In this document: one piece after another, positions 31,693-44,431 of the stretch
Position numbering within the stretch: position 1 is the stretch's first letter
Layout of the letters: each line of letters opens with the position of its first letter
DNA from: Eledone cirrhosa
Lineage: Eukaryota
Direction: 5' to 3'
Assembly (NCBI GenBank): GCA_964016885.1
Contig: OZ024740.1
Span: 126,046,001 to 126,110,000 of the forward strand
Length of the DNA stretch: 64,000 nt
The notes under the pieces: generated by a model
Told to the model about the DNA's origin: nothing
Database searches by the model: none
Seen by the model: the letters and a program-made list of their open reading frames with translations, nothing else
Program-made: the position numbers and the translations under genes

Positions 31693-31737
31693 AACGGTGC
31701 TGATGATAGCTAACAAGCTTGAAACTAGTACATCGTT
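31693..31737 (+). ncRNA. Minimal type I hammerhead ribozyme (right arm)
   Basis: AACGGTG-CTGATGA-TAGCTAACAAGCTT-GAAA-CTAG-TA-CATCGTT, with a GUA cleavage triplet. Confidence 0.85.
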
Positions 31738-32130
31738 CCTGTGTCAGTGTTGAACAAAAAGGTGACGTGGTTGCCTTAACACCGTATGGCATAAATTCAG
31801 GCTGTTCGATTTGTTGACAAACAAACGAACAAAGCAGGCGTTATAATAAACGTCGGCTAAACTGATGCGTGCATATATGTATGTGTACCTGTATGCATAT
31901 GTGTATATATATGTGTATATATATATATATATCTGCGTGCTACTGTACGTCTGTATACATATATGTATGTACGTATGCATACATACTTACATTTAAGTAA
32001 GTGCCATACTAAGAGTGAGAAATGAAATTTCGTTTTCATTTTTTTCAACTTATATATATATGTATATATATATATATATGTATATTATTCAAAATGTTAA
32101 TAAATGAAAAATATTCTCATAATCAAAACA

Positions 32131-32193
32131 TATTTTATTATACATATTTCAAAGGTTCTATGGTGTTTAAGTACGTTTTCATCAGACAAAATA
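32131..32193 (-). ncRNA. Minimal type I hammerhead ribozyme
   Basis: Minus: TATTTTGT-CTGATGA-AAA...TTT-GAAA-TATGTA-TA-ATAAAATA. Stem I is the same as in the 6403 motif. Confidence 0.78.
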
Positions 32194-32259
32194 CAGTATA
32201 TGTTTTGTTATGTGACATACCGCTACGGTTTTGATTATTCAATTCCAGTATCGGCAGTC

Positions 32260-32408
<149 letters not shown>

Positions 32409-32499
32409 AATTTTGAGTATATGTTGGTTGTATACCACAGTGTGCAGATTGGAGCACTCGACGAAGAGCGCAGTTTGGTTTGGTTACTCCGGAGTAATG

Positions 32500-32801
32500 T
32501 AAAATAAAATAAAATAAATAAGTCAAATGTTTAAAATTTAACTTCGTTTATTACTGAGGAAATTTACATAATTTGCATATGATTCCAGTTCATCAGTGAA
32601 ATAACAACCCAACCAGGAACTGGGCATATCAGAGTATTGACAAAGTTTTACACCTCAACAACATATGTACTTGTCTATACCACACTAATTCGGACTGCCT
32701 GAAGAGGTCACAGCCAAAGATGGCTGTCACCGAAATATATATAGCAGTAATAAACGAAGCTAAATTTTAAACATTTGACTTATTTATTTTATTTTATTTT
32801 A
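32500..32801 (+). mobile_element. Hammerhead element whose 3' tail is duplicated in inverted orientation at its 5' side
   Basis: 32500-32556 is the reverse complement of 32745-32801 (one mismatch seen). Ends in (TA)n. Confidence 0.8.
32694..32748 (+). ncRNA. Minimal type I hammerhead ribozyme
   Basis: ACTGC-CTGAAGA-GGTCACAGCCA AAGA TGGCTGTCACC-GAAA-TATATA-TA-GCAGT. Confidence 0.88.
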
Positions 32802-32895
32802 TATATATATATATATGTTAATATATATGTATGTATGTATATATATATATCAATGAGTACCTTATTTATCTCTGGTCTGTTTGAGAAACTATACG

Positions 32896-32991
<96 letters not shown>

Positions 32992-33071
32992 TCATACATA
33001 TATACATACACTCGTACATACATATATACATATATATACGAAAATGTAGTCGTCTTAACGGTAATAAATTT

Positions 33072-33260
33072 AATAATTGTTTCTTCTTGTTGGCAAAAGG
33101 CCACCAATTATTCCAGTGTATTACTGGTACTTTATTTTATCGACATCGTAAGGATGAAAGAAAACGTTAACCTCGACGCGATATGAAATCAGACCGAAAA
33201 GAGCCATCACTCTATGTTTCAAAGCATGGCGTCCGCCCCTCCACTGATACTGCCCAAACA
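33072..33260 (-). mobile_element. SINE copy
   Basis: Reverse complement similarity to the 29135 SINE. Confidence 0.8.
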
Positions 33261-33724
33261 GCTGCCCACAAGACAACTGTTGAAAAAATGTGGCTACAAC
33301 CGGATAGTAACACATAAACACATGCACACATGCATACACACACTAACAAACACAGACGCAAATATATAGAGAGATCTATGTATGTGTGCATACGTGCGTG
33401 TGTATCCTTGGATGAATAAATTAACGTAATGTCTTAAGCAGAAATAGAAAGCATGTAGTGTCAGTCAAAATGAAGAATAAAAAAAATATTTATGAATATT
33501 CTTTCGGGGATGTTCAATTCAACTGACTGCACTAAGAGGCTTTAATGGACCCACCATATATTTTCATATTAAAAAGAATGGGAATGACATTAAACGGAGA
33601 AGAAGGATACATATCGTAGAATGAAAACACGAATGAAATAATAGGAAGGAACTTAATTACTATCCGCGGTAGTTCATGCATTCATGCATATTCATCGATA
33701 TCTGTAAACAGAAATATATGTCTA

Positions 33725-33810
<86 letters not shown>

Positions 33811-34006
33811 AATTGTAATGAGTTGCTACACCTATACCCTACTTTCTTTAGTATCGAGCACTAAGCTGAATAATGGTGTTACTAGTCTAAACTGCTAACT
33901 CCCAAACATCTCTCTCACTCTCTCTCAAATACATATATATATAACAATACATACATATATACATACATACACATATTTATATATATATATATACATATAT
34001 ATATAT

Positions 34007-35888
34007 ACGGACTTACGTCGGACAGACGCGACGTCGCCTGGCGGACCGATTCGCTGAGCACCTCCGGGATATTCGTCTCGGTGGTAGTTCCCCCATCGCC
34101 CGCCACTTTGGTGCTCCTGGACATTCCGCACGCCATCTCACAGTCTGTGGCCTACTCCAATGCCACGGAACACCCGCCAATCTCCTCAGAGTTGAACAAA
34201 GAACCATCTTCATCTTACAGACCCACACTCCCCCCGGCCTGAACTCCCCACCCTTATTCCTTTAGCCTTCGACCGCACCCTCCCCCCACACATATCCCCC
34301 ACTAACACCACTAACACACCCCTCCTTTTCACCGTCCACCCCACAACTAATAATACTAACACCTCCACTCCACCACTCATCCGACCACCCTTCCCCAACT
34401 AACATACTAACATCCCTCCCTTCTTCTCCTCCCTCCCACCTTATCACACGCAGACACCCACCGGCACATATATACACGTGCTCACACTAAACACACACCC
34501 TAATACCACCACTAACCCTCAGCCCCACACATCCATCCCACCACCCCGCAACTAACATCACTAACACCCCCTGACCCCAAGCACACGAACACACGCACCC
34601 ACTTACACCACCCACCCAACACGCAACTAACACCACTAACACCCCCCAACCCCACGCACACGTACCCACACACCCTCGTACACCACCAACTCTACACACC
34701 CTACCACCACTCACCCCCACTCACACATGCATTCAACCCTTTCTCAACCTCCCGTATACCAACACCAACTAACACCCCCTTCATCAAACTACACACACAC
34801 CAGTACACCACACTCCCTCCATCGACCCCCACACCCTTCTCTCCCCGCTCCATCCACACCCTTTCTCCACACTCACTCATCCCACTAACACCTCTACTAA
34901 TACACACACACACACCCTCCTCACTCCAACTTTCACACCTACCCATCCTCGCCCCTTTACCATTCCACCCGACTGCTGCTATACCCTCTGACCACCTCCC
35001 AGCACACACAGACACACAGTACTCCTACCCCCTTGACCACTTCCTGTTGCGCGCGCACCCCACATCTCTCCTCTTCCGACCATCTCTTCATGGAATACTC
35101 GTATGTGGAGCTTGACCGTGGAATCTACTACCATCATAGGAGTTTATCAACATTTCAACCACATCCTCTTACGGAATCACTTATATAACTCACCCACACA
35201 CACACCCAAAAACATTTTTTTTCTCCCACACGCCACTTACACCCACAACACGCTTAAACCCCACACACACGTGCTTTCCACCACATATTTACATCTTCAG
35301 CCTCCGGATTCCTCTCCCCCCACCCTCTATCCACACACGCACACACACTCCGACCTACACCCCACCCCACACACACCTCTTCCTGAACATGCAACCCCGT
35401 TCTTCTCCCAACCCTTGCTTTCACATACACACACACACACACAGGTACACCTACACACACACACCACCTTCAGCCCTCCCTGCTCGGACACCCCGTCTCC
35501 ATCTCCCCACCCCACCCGCCACCACCCCTACACACCCCACACCCTTCCACCACCTGTTTTACCCCTTTTTAATTTCATTTTATTTTGATCATGCTTTTAT
35601 TTTTATTTCATTTCATTTTATTTTGATCATGCTTTATTTTAATTTTTATTTTTTAATATTATTTTTATTTTTAATTTCATTCGCACCGTTTCCTCCCACC
35701 CCCTTTTTGCTATATGTCTCTCCACCACTCCCCTACACACCCCTTGAACTCTCTTCCCACACACTTTTCACCTGAGGAAGGGCTTATGCCCAAAACGTCG
35801 TTCCCCACCACCACCCCACTCTCCAGAGCGTGAAATTAATAAACATTCGTTGTACTGCCTCTCTGTTTTGTTCCTGTTCAAATTTTCC

Positions 35889-35891
<3 letters not shown>
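34007..35891 (+). mobile_element. 5'-truncated Neptune-type Penelope-like element (GIY-YIG end, long CA-rich 3' region, hammerhead)
   Basis: 34011-34265 encodes TYVGQTRRRLADRFAEHLRDIR..PIARHF..GH..VEQRTIFILQTHTPPGLN*. HHR-like CTGAGGAAGGGCTTATGCCCAAAACGTC at 35772, then AATAAA. (TA)n on both sides. Confidence 0.88.
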
Positions 35892-35925
<34 letters not shown>

Positions 35926-35941
35926 GAAAGGTATAGAAAAC

Positions 35942-35983
<42 letters not shown>

Positions 35984-36016
35984 TTGAGTATGTATATGTG
36001 TGTGTATATATATGTA

Positions 36017-36058
<42 letters not shown>

Positions 36059-36065
36059 TACATAT

Positions 36066-38394
36066 ATAAAAATTGAATTTGATAATAGTATCAAACTAGC
36101 TAATTTCTTGGATGTATCTCTTAATCTTGACACTGGCCTATATTACCCTTACCATAAAAACAATGAGAACCTTAATTATGTTAACTTTAAATCTAACCAT
36201 CCTACCAATATCAAGAATGCTATAGTTAATAATATTGGAAATAGAATATCTAACATATGTTCTAATAAAAACATCTTTGATGCTAACGCCAATTACTATA
36301 ATAACGCACTTTCTAAAGCCGGCTATCCAGATAAAATCAAATATAGTAAAGAAACAAATTCTAGAAAAACTTACAGTAGAATAATTAATCATGACCATTC
36401 CAATAATTTTAATAAAAGACCTAGATACAAAAACATAATCTGGTATAATGCTCCTTTCTCCATCTCTATTAATAACAATATTCCTAAATTATTCTTTAGT
36501 GCCTTAAATAAATGCTTCCCTCCCTCACATATCTATAGTAAAATATTTAAAAAACACACCATCAAATTTTCGTATTCTACATCCTCCAATATTTCCAACA
36601 TCATCTCTAAACACAACAATAAAATACTAAATACTAAATCTCTTCCTTCCAATATTGAATTTCATAATAACAGTAATAGTACTCCCGACGTCATTGTAAA
36701 CCCTAGGCTAACTTCTGTAAACCCAAATCAACGTCAAACACAACTTCGCTAACTGTTCATAATCCAACTCTAAATCAAGAAACTATTATTCCTATTATTC
36801 CTATCGCAAACAACTTCTCCAATCCAATTCCTTCTATAGATAACACTAGATCACTCATTAATAATCTCTCTAATTGCAACTGCCGCATTAAAAATAAATG
36901 TCCTCTCAACAACCATTGTCTCGATAAAAACTTAATTTATGAATGTAAAATTATAACTAGCACCAATTCCTTCACCTATTTTGGCTCCACTTCCACCTCT
37001 TTTAAAGCTCGTCTCTATAATCATCATTCATCTTTCAAATACAAACTTAAAAGAACTAACACTCCTCTCTCAGAACTCATATGGTCCTTAAAAGACAAAA
37101 ACATCAAATATAACATCTTTTGGAAGAAGATTTCTTCTGCATCCTCATACTTGAACAGCTCTCTATCTAAAATCTGTAATCTCTGCCTAAATGAAAAATT
37201 TACCATTATCTCTAACCTAGATTCTATAATAAATAGACGCACAGATTTGTTTTCTATCTGCCTGCATAAATTCCATAGAACTTTTCACAAAGTATACAGT
37301 TAATATTCAATTCTTTATCAATTTAGAATCTTTTCTCAAAGGCACATATACATACACCTCTTTAAAATATACCCATCTACCTTACTTTAAAGGGCATTAT
37401 ACACTCTATAATACTTGTTTACTCATTACCCTCATTCTATCTTCACCTTGTAAAATCATAACATATACAATATTCATCCGCAATCATTATTATTTTTTCT
37501 CTCTATCATAAATCTTTTTAATCTCAATTTCATCCTTAATTTATTATTCTTTTCTCCCCATCAACGAACTCATTATTAATACATATTAACTCTTTATTCG
37601 CATATATTATCAATTCAACCAATATACAAACTTTAACTTTACATTATTTTTCTCAAATCCTTCTACACACAAACCTTAATAATTTTTCTCTTCGTTAATT
37701 TTGAAATTGCCACAATATATACATTTCTTTTTTTGACGTTAGAATATTCATCCACAATTATTATTTTTTTCTCTCTATCTTCATACATAATTTCCCTTCG
37801 TTAATTTTCAAATTCCTTTAATTTATACATTATCTTCCAACGGTTCCCAACCTCTCTATGTTAAAACAATATATCTTTTTCTCAGTTATAAAAACTATCT
37901 CTTTCTCTCTATCACCCATCTCTCCCTCTCCACCTTCACTCTCATCTCCTCCCCCTTTTTTTCATCCCCCCCTCCCTAAATAAAATATTTTTTCCTCGCA
38001 CATTTCCTCCCTTCGTTAATTTTCAAAATTTTTAATTTATACAGTATCTTCCAACGGTTTTTAACCTCTCTATGTAAAAAATATATCTCCTCTCAGTTAT
38101 AAAAACTATCTCTTTCTCTCTATCACCCATCTCTCCCTCTCATCTCCTTCCCTTTTCATCCTTTCCAACCCCCCCTCTCTAAATAAAATATTTTTTTCCC
38201 AATATCACACATCAATCTAAAACCACTTTTCATATGTTGATTTAAAACTGCACTATCCACAAGTGTTTTTTAGCCTTCATATCATGTTCTCCTGTTTTAT
38301 CTGATGAAAACACAAATATTATTGCATGATGATGTTTGTTTTTGAAATGCGCATAATAAAATACATGGAACTCCTTTAACCATCTTTTTGATCT

Positions 38395-38400
<6 letters not shown>
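36066..38400 (+). mobile_element. 5'-truncated Naiad-type Penelope-like element (RT thumb, Cys-rich linker, GIY-YIG, 3' region with hammerhead)
   Basis: [25 protein letters not shown]. After a -1 frameshift near 36745: CNCRIKNKCPLNNHCL-LIY-YFGST..FKARLYNH..LSELIWSLK..CNLCLNEK..CLH, with stop at 37301-37303. Flanked by (TA)n. Confidence 0.88.
38295..38361 (+). ncRNA. Hammerhead ribozyme of the Naiad-type element
   Basis: TTTTAT-CTGATGA-AAACACAAATATT..GATGTTTGTTTTT-GAAA-TGCGCA-TA-ATAAAA. Confidence 0.88.
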
Positions 38401-38477
<77 letters not shown>

Positions 38478-38613
38478 TGTGTGCATATGTGTGTTTATAT
38501 ATTTATATATGTATATATGTATATATATATATATATTTATTAAAATAACAGATTTTAGTCTTCAAATGTATTATTATTACTATTATTGTTATTATTGTTA
38601 TCATTATTACTAT

Positions 38614-38691
<78 letters not shown>

Positions 38692-39651
38692 ATGTGTGTG
38701 TGTGTACGTGTGTGTGATGTTATGTTTGAGTGATAATTTATATCCAACTATTTTGTACTTTTGAACGATCTACATATGTTGAATTATTTAGAAGGATTGG
38801 TTTTCTACTGACAATCCTATTTCTATTTAACCCTTAGACATTTGGGAAATATGTAACCGATTGGTCTAGCCTATACGGTTAATATACATGTGTAATAACT
38901 TTGCCAGTTGGTTTTACAGTAACTAAAATAACATTGCTTCAGCTCTATCTTACAATAACCCAGATTTGCTTGTGCATAGTTTGCTTTATATGTCGTGCCT
39001 GCCTATATACTTGTTATACTCAGCTCTATTCTGTATTAACCGTAATTTGCTTGTGTATGGCTTGCACTTATGTAATACCCACCTATATGCTTGTGGAGCA
39101 TCTATGGGCTACGTAATTCGGGTACACACCAGTATACCTTGTATATGTATAACATGGCGGGGATTCTGATTACTGTGGTCTTTCTGGATGTACCGTAAGG
39201 ACCTCCTAATGCTTATATATCTATAAGTTACGGAGATCCTATTCACTCGTTTTATTAGGGCTCTTAAATTCCTCTGGCTTCTTTATGTGCTTAAAATATT
39301 TCTTTGTGTTTTTCTTTCTTTCTTTTTTTTTAAATAAAAAAATAAATGTTTTTACCTTTTTACTTTTTATCTCTTTATATTATCTTACTTTCAATTTTTT
39401 ATTATTTTATTATTATTTCTTATTATGTTTTAACCATTGCCTGTATTTTTTGCTTTTGTGTGCCATCAATTGTATCTGCATCTTGTGAAATCTACTTGTG
39501 CCCTGGCATTTAGCTGTGGTGCTTAACAACCTCAACATGTAAGCCCTCCTTGTTCGCCATCTCCGATCACCCTATCGTTACCCTCTATTGCATTCCGATT
39601 GTTCGTGTGACTAGGTTTTGTGGAGCTTATACTCAGCACTGCGTTTATTAA

Positions 39652-39696
39652 GCTCTGAGGAGTTCTACCAAACGGTATGGATGAAACATTGTAAGC
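39652..39696 (+). ncRNA. Minimal type I hammerhead ribozyme at the 3' end of a probable PLE remnant
   Basis: GCT-CTGAGGA-GTTCTACC AAAC GGTATGGAT-GAAA-CATTG-TA-AGC, followed by AATAAA and (CA)n. Confidence 0.75.
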
Positions 39697-39736
39697 AAAT
39701 AAAAACTGTTTGAGTATGTAAGCGTTCTTTGGTTTC

Positions 39737-39825
<89 letters not shown>

Positions 39826-40296
39826 CATATATATAAATATACACATGTGTGTGTATATATATTAAAAATGGCATTAATTATACATTGAAAACCGATGATT
39901 AGTCATGATAAGCCGCATGTATATATTATGATAACGGAGAAGAGGAGTATTTGCCACGAGTGCCTATGAAAGTTGTAGATTTGTAGTATATTCTAATATC
40001 ATATATTAAAATATTTATATTACCTTGATGTTTACCTATCGTTGGTTCATTCTTTTGTAATACAAATTCACACACGCACATTAACACAAATACATATATA
40101 CGTTTATGTCGAACAATGAGAACAGACGGCGATGTTTAGAGATTAACCAGTTCCTTGTTTTACGATCGTTTCACCAGTTTGATTTATCATGATAAATATC
40201 ATAATAGTAGTTATGTAAGACTGTATTATGATTCTCAGTATTATAGATCCATCTCACCGTCTTCGACTGAAAGCCAATATATAAACATAGATATAT

Positions 40297-40367
<71 letters not shown>

Positions 40368-40423
40368 TACATATTCGTGTGTGTGTGTGTGTGTGTGTGC
40401 GTGCGTGTATATATATATATTAC

Positions 40424-40568
<145 letters not shown>

Positions 40569-41142
40569 CATGTGTGAAGAGCGAGAGAGAGAGAGGTGAT
40601 CGACAGGCTGAAGCTAGATACAGCAGTAGAGATTGGAAGAAAGACGATGAGAGAAGGAGAGAAATAAAGTTGAAAAACATAATTGATGCTCGGCTTCAGC
40701 TAACTCACATAAAAAGCAAAATAAAAATCAAAAGCATAAAACACCATATATAATCGCATTACATGGGTGAGCGCATTCAAACCATATTTCTTTTTGGATG
40801 GCTGCATTCTTTCGTTTCACATTGGCTATTATGTCATCGAATGTACATAGCAACTGCAGAATTACAATGAAGAGAAAAATAAAGATAAATCAATGATAGA
40901 GTGAGAGAAAAAGGGAAAAAGAATGTGATTGACCATTTGGTGGGAGAAAAAAAGAAGATTGTGAAGTCAAACACACACAAACACACTCAATGACACATAT
41001 GCCTACACGCAAAGAAACACATAGAAGACAGAGAGGTATACACACTCATTCACATATCATAAACGAAAAGAAAATAGAATTTAAAAAATATCGAAATGCA
41101 TGAGTGAAAATTTTCCAATATGTGAAAATCAAAGTTTTCTGA

Positions 41143-41198
<56 letters not shown>

Positions 41199-41261
41199 AT
41201 ATATATATATATATGTGTGTGTGTGTCTGTATGTATAATCTCTCACCCTCTCTCTCACTCA

Positions 41262-41312
<51 letters not shown>

Positions 41313-41474
41313 TGTGTGTGTATGTGTAAATGTATATATATATATATATGTGTGTATTTGTGTGTGTCTGTGTGTGTGATTATACGAAGTTTATGGTTGA
41401 ATCACACAATGGGTAAACGAAGCAGAGCAGCCGAGGATGTCTGTGCAATATTTAAAACTTAATGCCTCAGATGA

Positions 41475-41645
41475 AATGCATTGAATTATTTCGTTACGGT
41501 CATAGTCATTCAAGTTTTAAATGTCGCCTTGTCGACTTTGCATTTTGATAAAAAAATAGTACCAGAAAAATACGTGGTTTGGTATAATTGACTTTACTCT
41601 TCTCTTCAAAATTGTTGATTTTGTGTTAAATTAGAAACTATTTTT
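41475..41645 (+). mobile_element. Degenerate SINE copy
   Basis: GTCGACTTTGC..AGTACCAG..TTGACTTT..TTAGAAAC. Confidence 0.55.
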
Positions 41646-41849
41646 CACGCAGTCATGGCTACACGATTAGATTATTCATTTTCCCATCATCTGGTTTTGA
41701 TCGGCTTTCTACCTTCTGTTGCTGGCTCAAGTAAGTTAAGTTTCTGAGAGTGAATTTTTGCAAAAGGAAACGGCATGATAAATCTCCAGGTGGACTGTAT
41801 TTTATCCTTCGATGGTAGCCTTAATTTACCGTGCGATGTAACATAATCC

Positions 41850-42215
41850 TTTTGATGCTGAAATGGGGTTCGTACGAACCCTCCTTGGAGTAACGGTATT
41901 CAACAGCGTGTGTATCTCGGAGATCAGAGAGTTGCTCCTTCTCCTTATTGTGTAGCTACTTCTTCGAATTGAGTGATCACAGCTCCTATACTATGGACAT
42001 AGGGTTAGAATCTCTCAGGAAAGAATTGCTGGACATATTTTATGAACAAAACCGACTGGCAGGAGACCCAGGGCTAGACCCTGGACAAGATGTTTGTATA
42101 AAATGCATGAGCTCGGCTGGTCTAGATCCAGCCAGATCAATTGGAGACGGTTGCTTCTGACAGGACCCGATGCAAGGAGTGTTTCAGGATTATGTCCACA
42201 CGATCCTTTCATGAA

Positions 42216-42246
<31 letters not shown>

Positions 42247-42300
42247 AAGAAGAAGAAGAAGAAGAAGAAGAAGAAGAAGAAGAAGAAGAAGAAGAAGAAG
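41850..42300 (+). mobile_element. RTE-clade LINE 3' fragment with (GAA)n tail
   Basis: AEMGFVRTLLGVT..SEIRE..LLRIE*SQLLYYGH..SQERIA..KPTGRRPR, then (GAA)n. Confidence 0.8.
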
Positions 42301-43009
42301 AAACCTTTAGCGAATTGTCTCTGGCATTCAGACCAGGTCTTTTTTCTAACAACAAACCATCAATTGTAAATGCCTTTTTTTTTTGTTTCTACTTGTTTAT
42401 ACAATATTTCCTGCTCCCCAAAACATCATTGAATAAATAGTGGATTTTCGAAAGCGTTAAATGCCTTGGACCAGTTATATTTATGTTTCTCATCCCCGTC
42501 AAACTTCCCTTTAGTCCTCCGGGGTCGATAACAATAACAACTAGGCAGTTACTGTGGCCAGTTTACACGACTACACCCTACGCCCAAATTTCAGGACATA
42601 TGTCTATGTCAGAAATGTTTTTTCAATGCTATTATCAAGTTTACAATTATTTCGCACGAGCTTCTACTACATACAAATACATTCCCTTGATGTGTATTTA
42701 TCATTATTCTTTGGATGTGTAGGATTATTCTGGCTTTCACATGGATATTGTTTTCTTGTTAATTTAGTGGGTTTTCCTGCTTTATTATGTCAAAAGTTTG
42801 CTATAGGGAATGTGTTATTTTGTCTTATGCAATAGTGTATACACTGAATTATCTGAATTTTGTTCCTGAGCTGGATGTGCAGTAACCCTAATTGTTGAAT
42901 ATACGCATGCGTTGTGTTATTGTCTTGATTGCTGATTGTATAAATTACGTGTTTTGTGAGCTGAGATATTTTGTTGCGTAGAAATTTTGTAACGCACGAG
43001 TGAACACGT

Positions 43010-43600
43010 GTGACCGCCTTTCTCTAGGCACGTGTTCCTACAGCTCATCTCCTTAACGGAATTTCCGTCCTAGGTCAAGCGAAGACCTAGAGGGAGCGCT
43101 TAGAAACTGAAATATCTTCAAGCGCTTACAGCCCTCAGCCAATGGGGCAGTATGATCACTGGAACTACACGCTGGCGTTCTATATAGAATTAGTAGTTGA
43201 AAAAGCAGGACGTTCTTGGTGAGAATCTGGGTATTGACGATAAACAACTAACTACTCTTTTCCATAGAAATTTTGGTTCAGGGCTCATGTATAACATCCA
43301 GAAATCTTTTGCCTACTATTGCTACTGAGGATCTTTGCCAGTTCGAGATAAACTATAAGGGCATGGAAGTGCTGTTGCCGGGCTTGGTGACGAAACATAC
43401 CTGCACGCACTCACCGATTGTCCGAGTATTGACGACATGGGTTTGTTGCGAAAAACTGCTGTAATATGTGGGACGGATCCGACTATCAACCGTGTCCGTT
43501 GTGTAGACAAAGACAAGGCAGCGCCCCAGCACTGCCACAGACTTATGACTGAAACCAACAAAATACCTTCCATAGCATTGGTAGTTTGAAACTGCACATT
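43010..43600 (+). mobile_element. Degenerate Tx1/L1 ORF2 C-terminal (zinc-binding) fragment
   Basis: DVLGENLG..NFGSGLMYNIQKSFAYYCY*GSLPVRDKL*GHGS..DETYLHALTDCP. Confidence 0.65.
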
Positions 43601-43719
43601 TGTTAATGGAATCAGAACAGAAAAAAGGGTTAGAAAGAAGAAAGTTACTTCACGTAAATTTCCCTTTTTATGGGGCTAAGGCTTGTTATATAAAGCAGTC
43701 GTATTGATATTATCCAATT

Positions 43720-44190
43720 TTATCTTGCTCGGTGAATATTCTGTCTTAGGATTGTGACTTCTTTTTTAATGCATATTTCTTCAATATCTGAAATTTCGCT
43801 ATATCGTCAAAAGCTTTTATATAAAATTAATCGATACCGTTCTTGGTTATTTTGTTTCCTTTTCATTGTGTTCAATAGCTGGTCTTTTTGCCAATTCATT
43901 CCTTACTAGCACAATTTCCTCTCCCTCTGAGAAGATGTTATTACTTTTCAGATGAGCAACAAGCTTGTTTGAAACTATAAATGTCATGGTTTCGTACATT
44001 TTTCATAAGCATGTTAGTGTACTGTATATTTTAGGTGATCCCAGTGATTTTGGCTTCGAAGAATTAATAATATTTTCCTCTCTAGTTACCAGTTGCGTTA
44101 TGATTTTGGTTGATTAAGTAATTCAATGAATGTTGTTGCTCTTGCTTCGCGTGTATTGATTTTTTAAACAATAGCTTTAACATTTTCAGG
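43720..44190 (-). mobile_element. Degenerate R4/Dong-like RT fragment
   Basis: Minus, across frameshifts: SPKIYSTLTCL*KMYETMTFIVSNKLVAHLKSNNI..YIKAFD. Confidence 0.5.
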
Positions 44191-44256
44191 CATGCACCCA
44201 TACCCCTCCCCCTCACATATACACATACCCCCCCCCCACATATATATGTATCTATC

Positions 44257-44346
44257 TTTATTTTTATTATAGAAATTATTTTTACTGGACTAGAACTGTT
44301 TCAACAGTTCTAGTCCTGCCGAAGTCATTTCTATAATGAAATAAAA
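44257..44346. repeat. Short fold-back (14-bp perfect core, about 45-bp imperfect arms)
   Basis: GGACTAGAACTGTT-TC-AACAGTTCTAGTCC. Confidence 0.85.
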
Positions 44347-44366
44347 TATACACAACTAACGTATTG

Positions 44367-44431
<65 letters not shown>

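Larger units (their letters stand above)
31244..31992. mobile_element. Near-perfect fold-back element (353-bp arms, 43-bp spacer) with a hammerhead in each arm
   Basis: Arms 31244-31596 and 31640-31992, with two mismatches seen. The identical mirrored ORFs 31256..31492(+) and 31744..31980(-) confirm the symmetry. Confidence 0.93.

Noticed and set aside
31256-31980. Two identical 78-aa ORFs as a gene pair
   Set aside because: They are a consequence of the palindrome and start inside microsatellite sequence.
36066-37303. Selenocysteine recoding, known for some Naiad elements
   Set aside because: No in-frame TGA in the retained coding part. The break near 36750 is a TAA bypassed by a frameshift.
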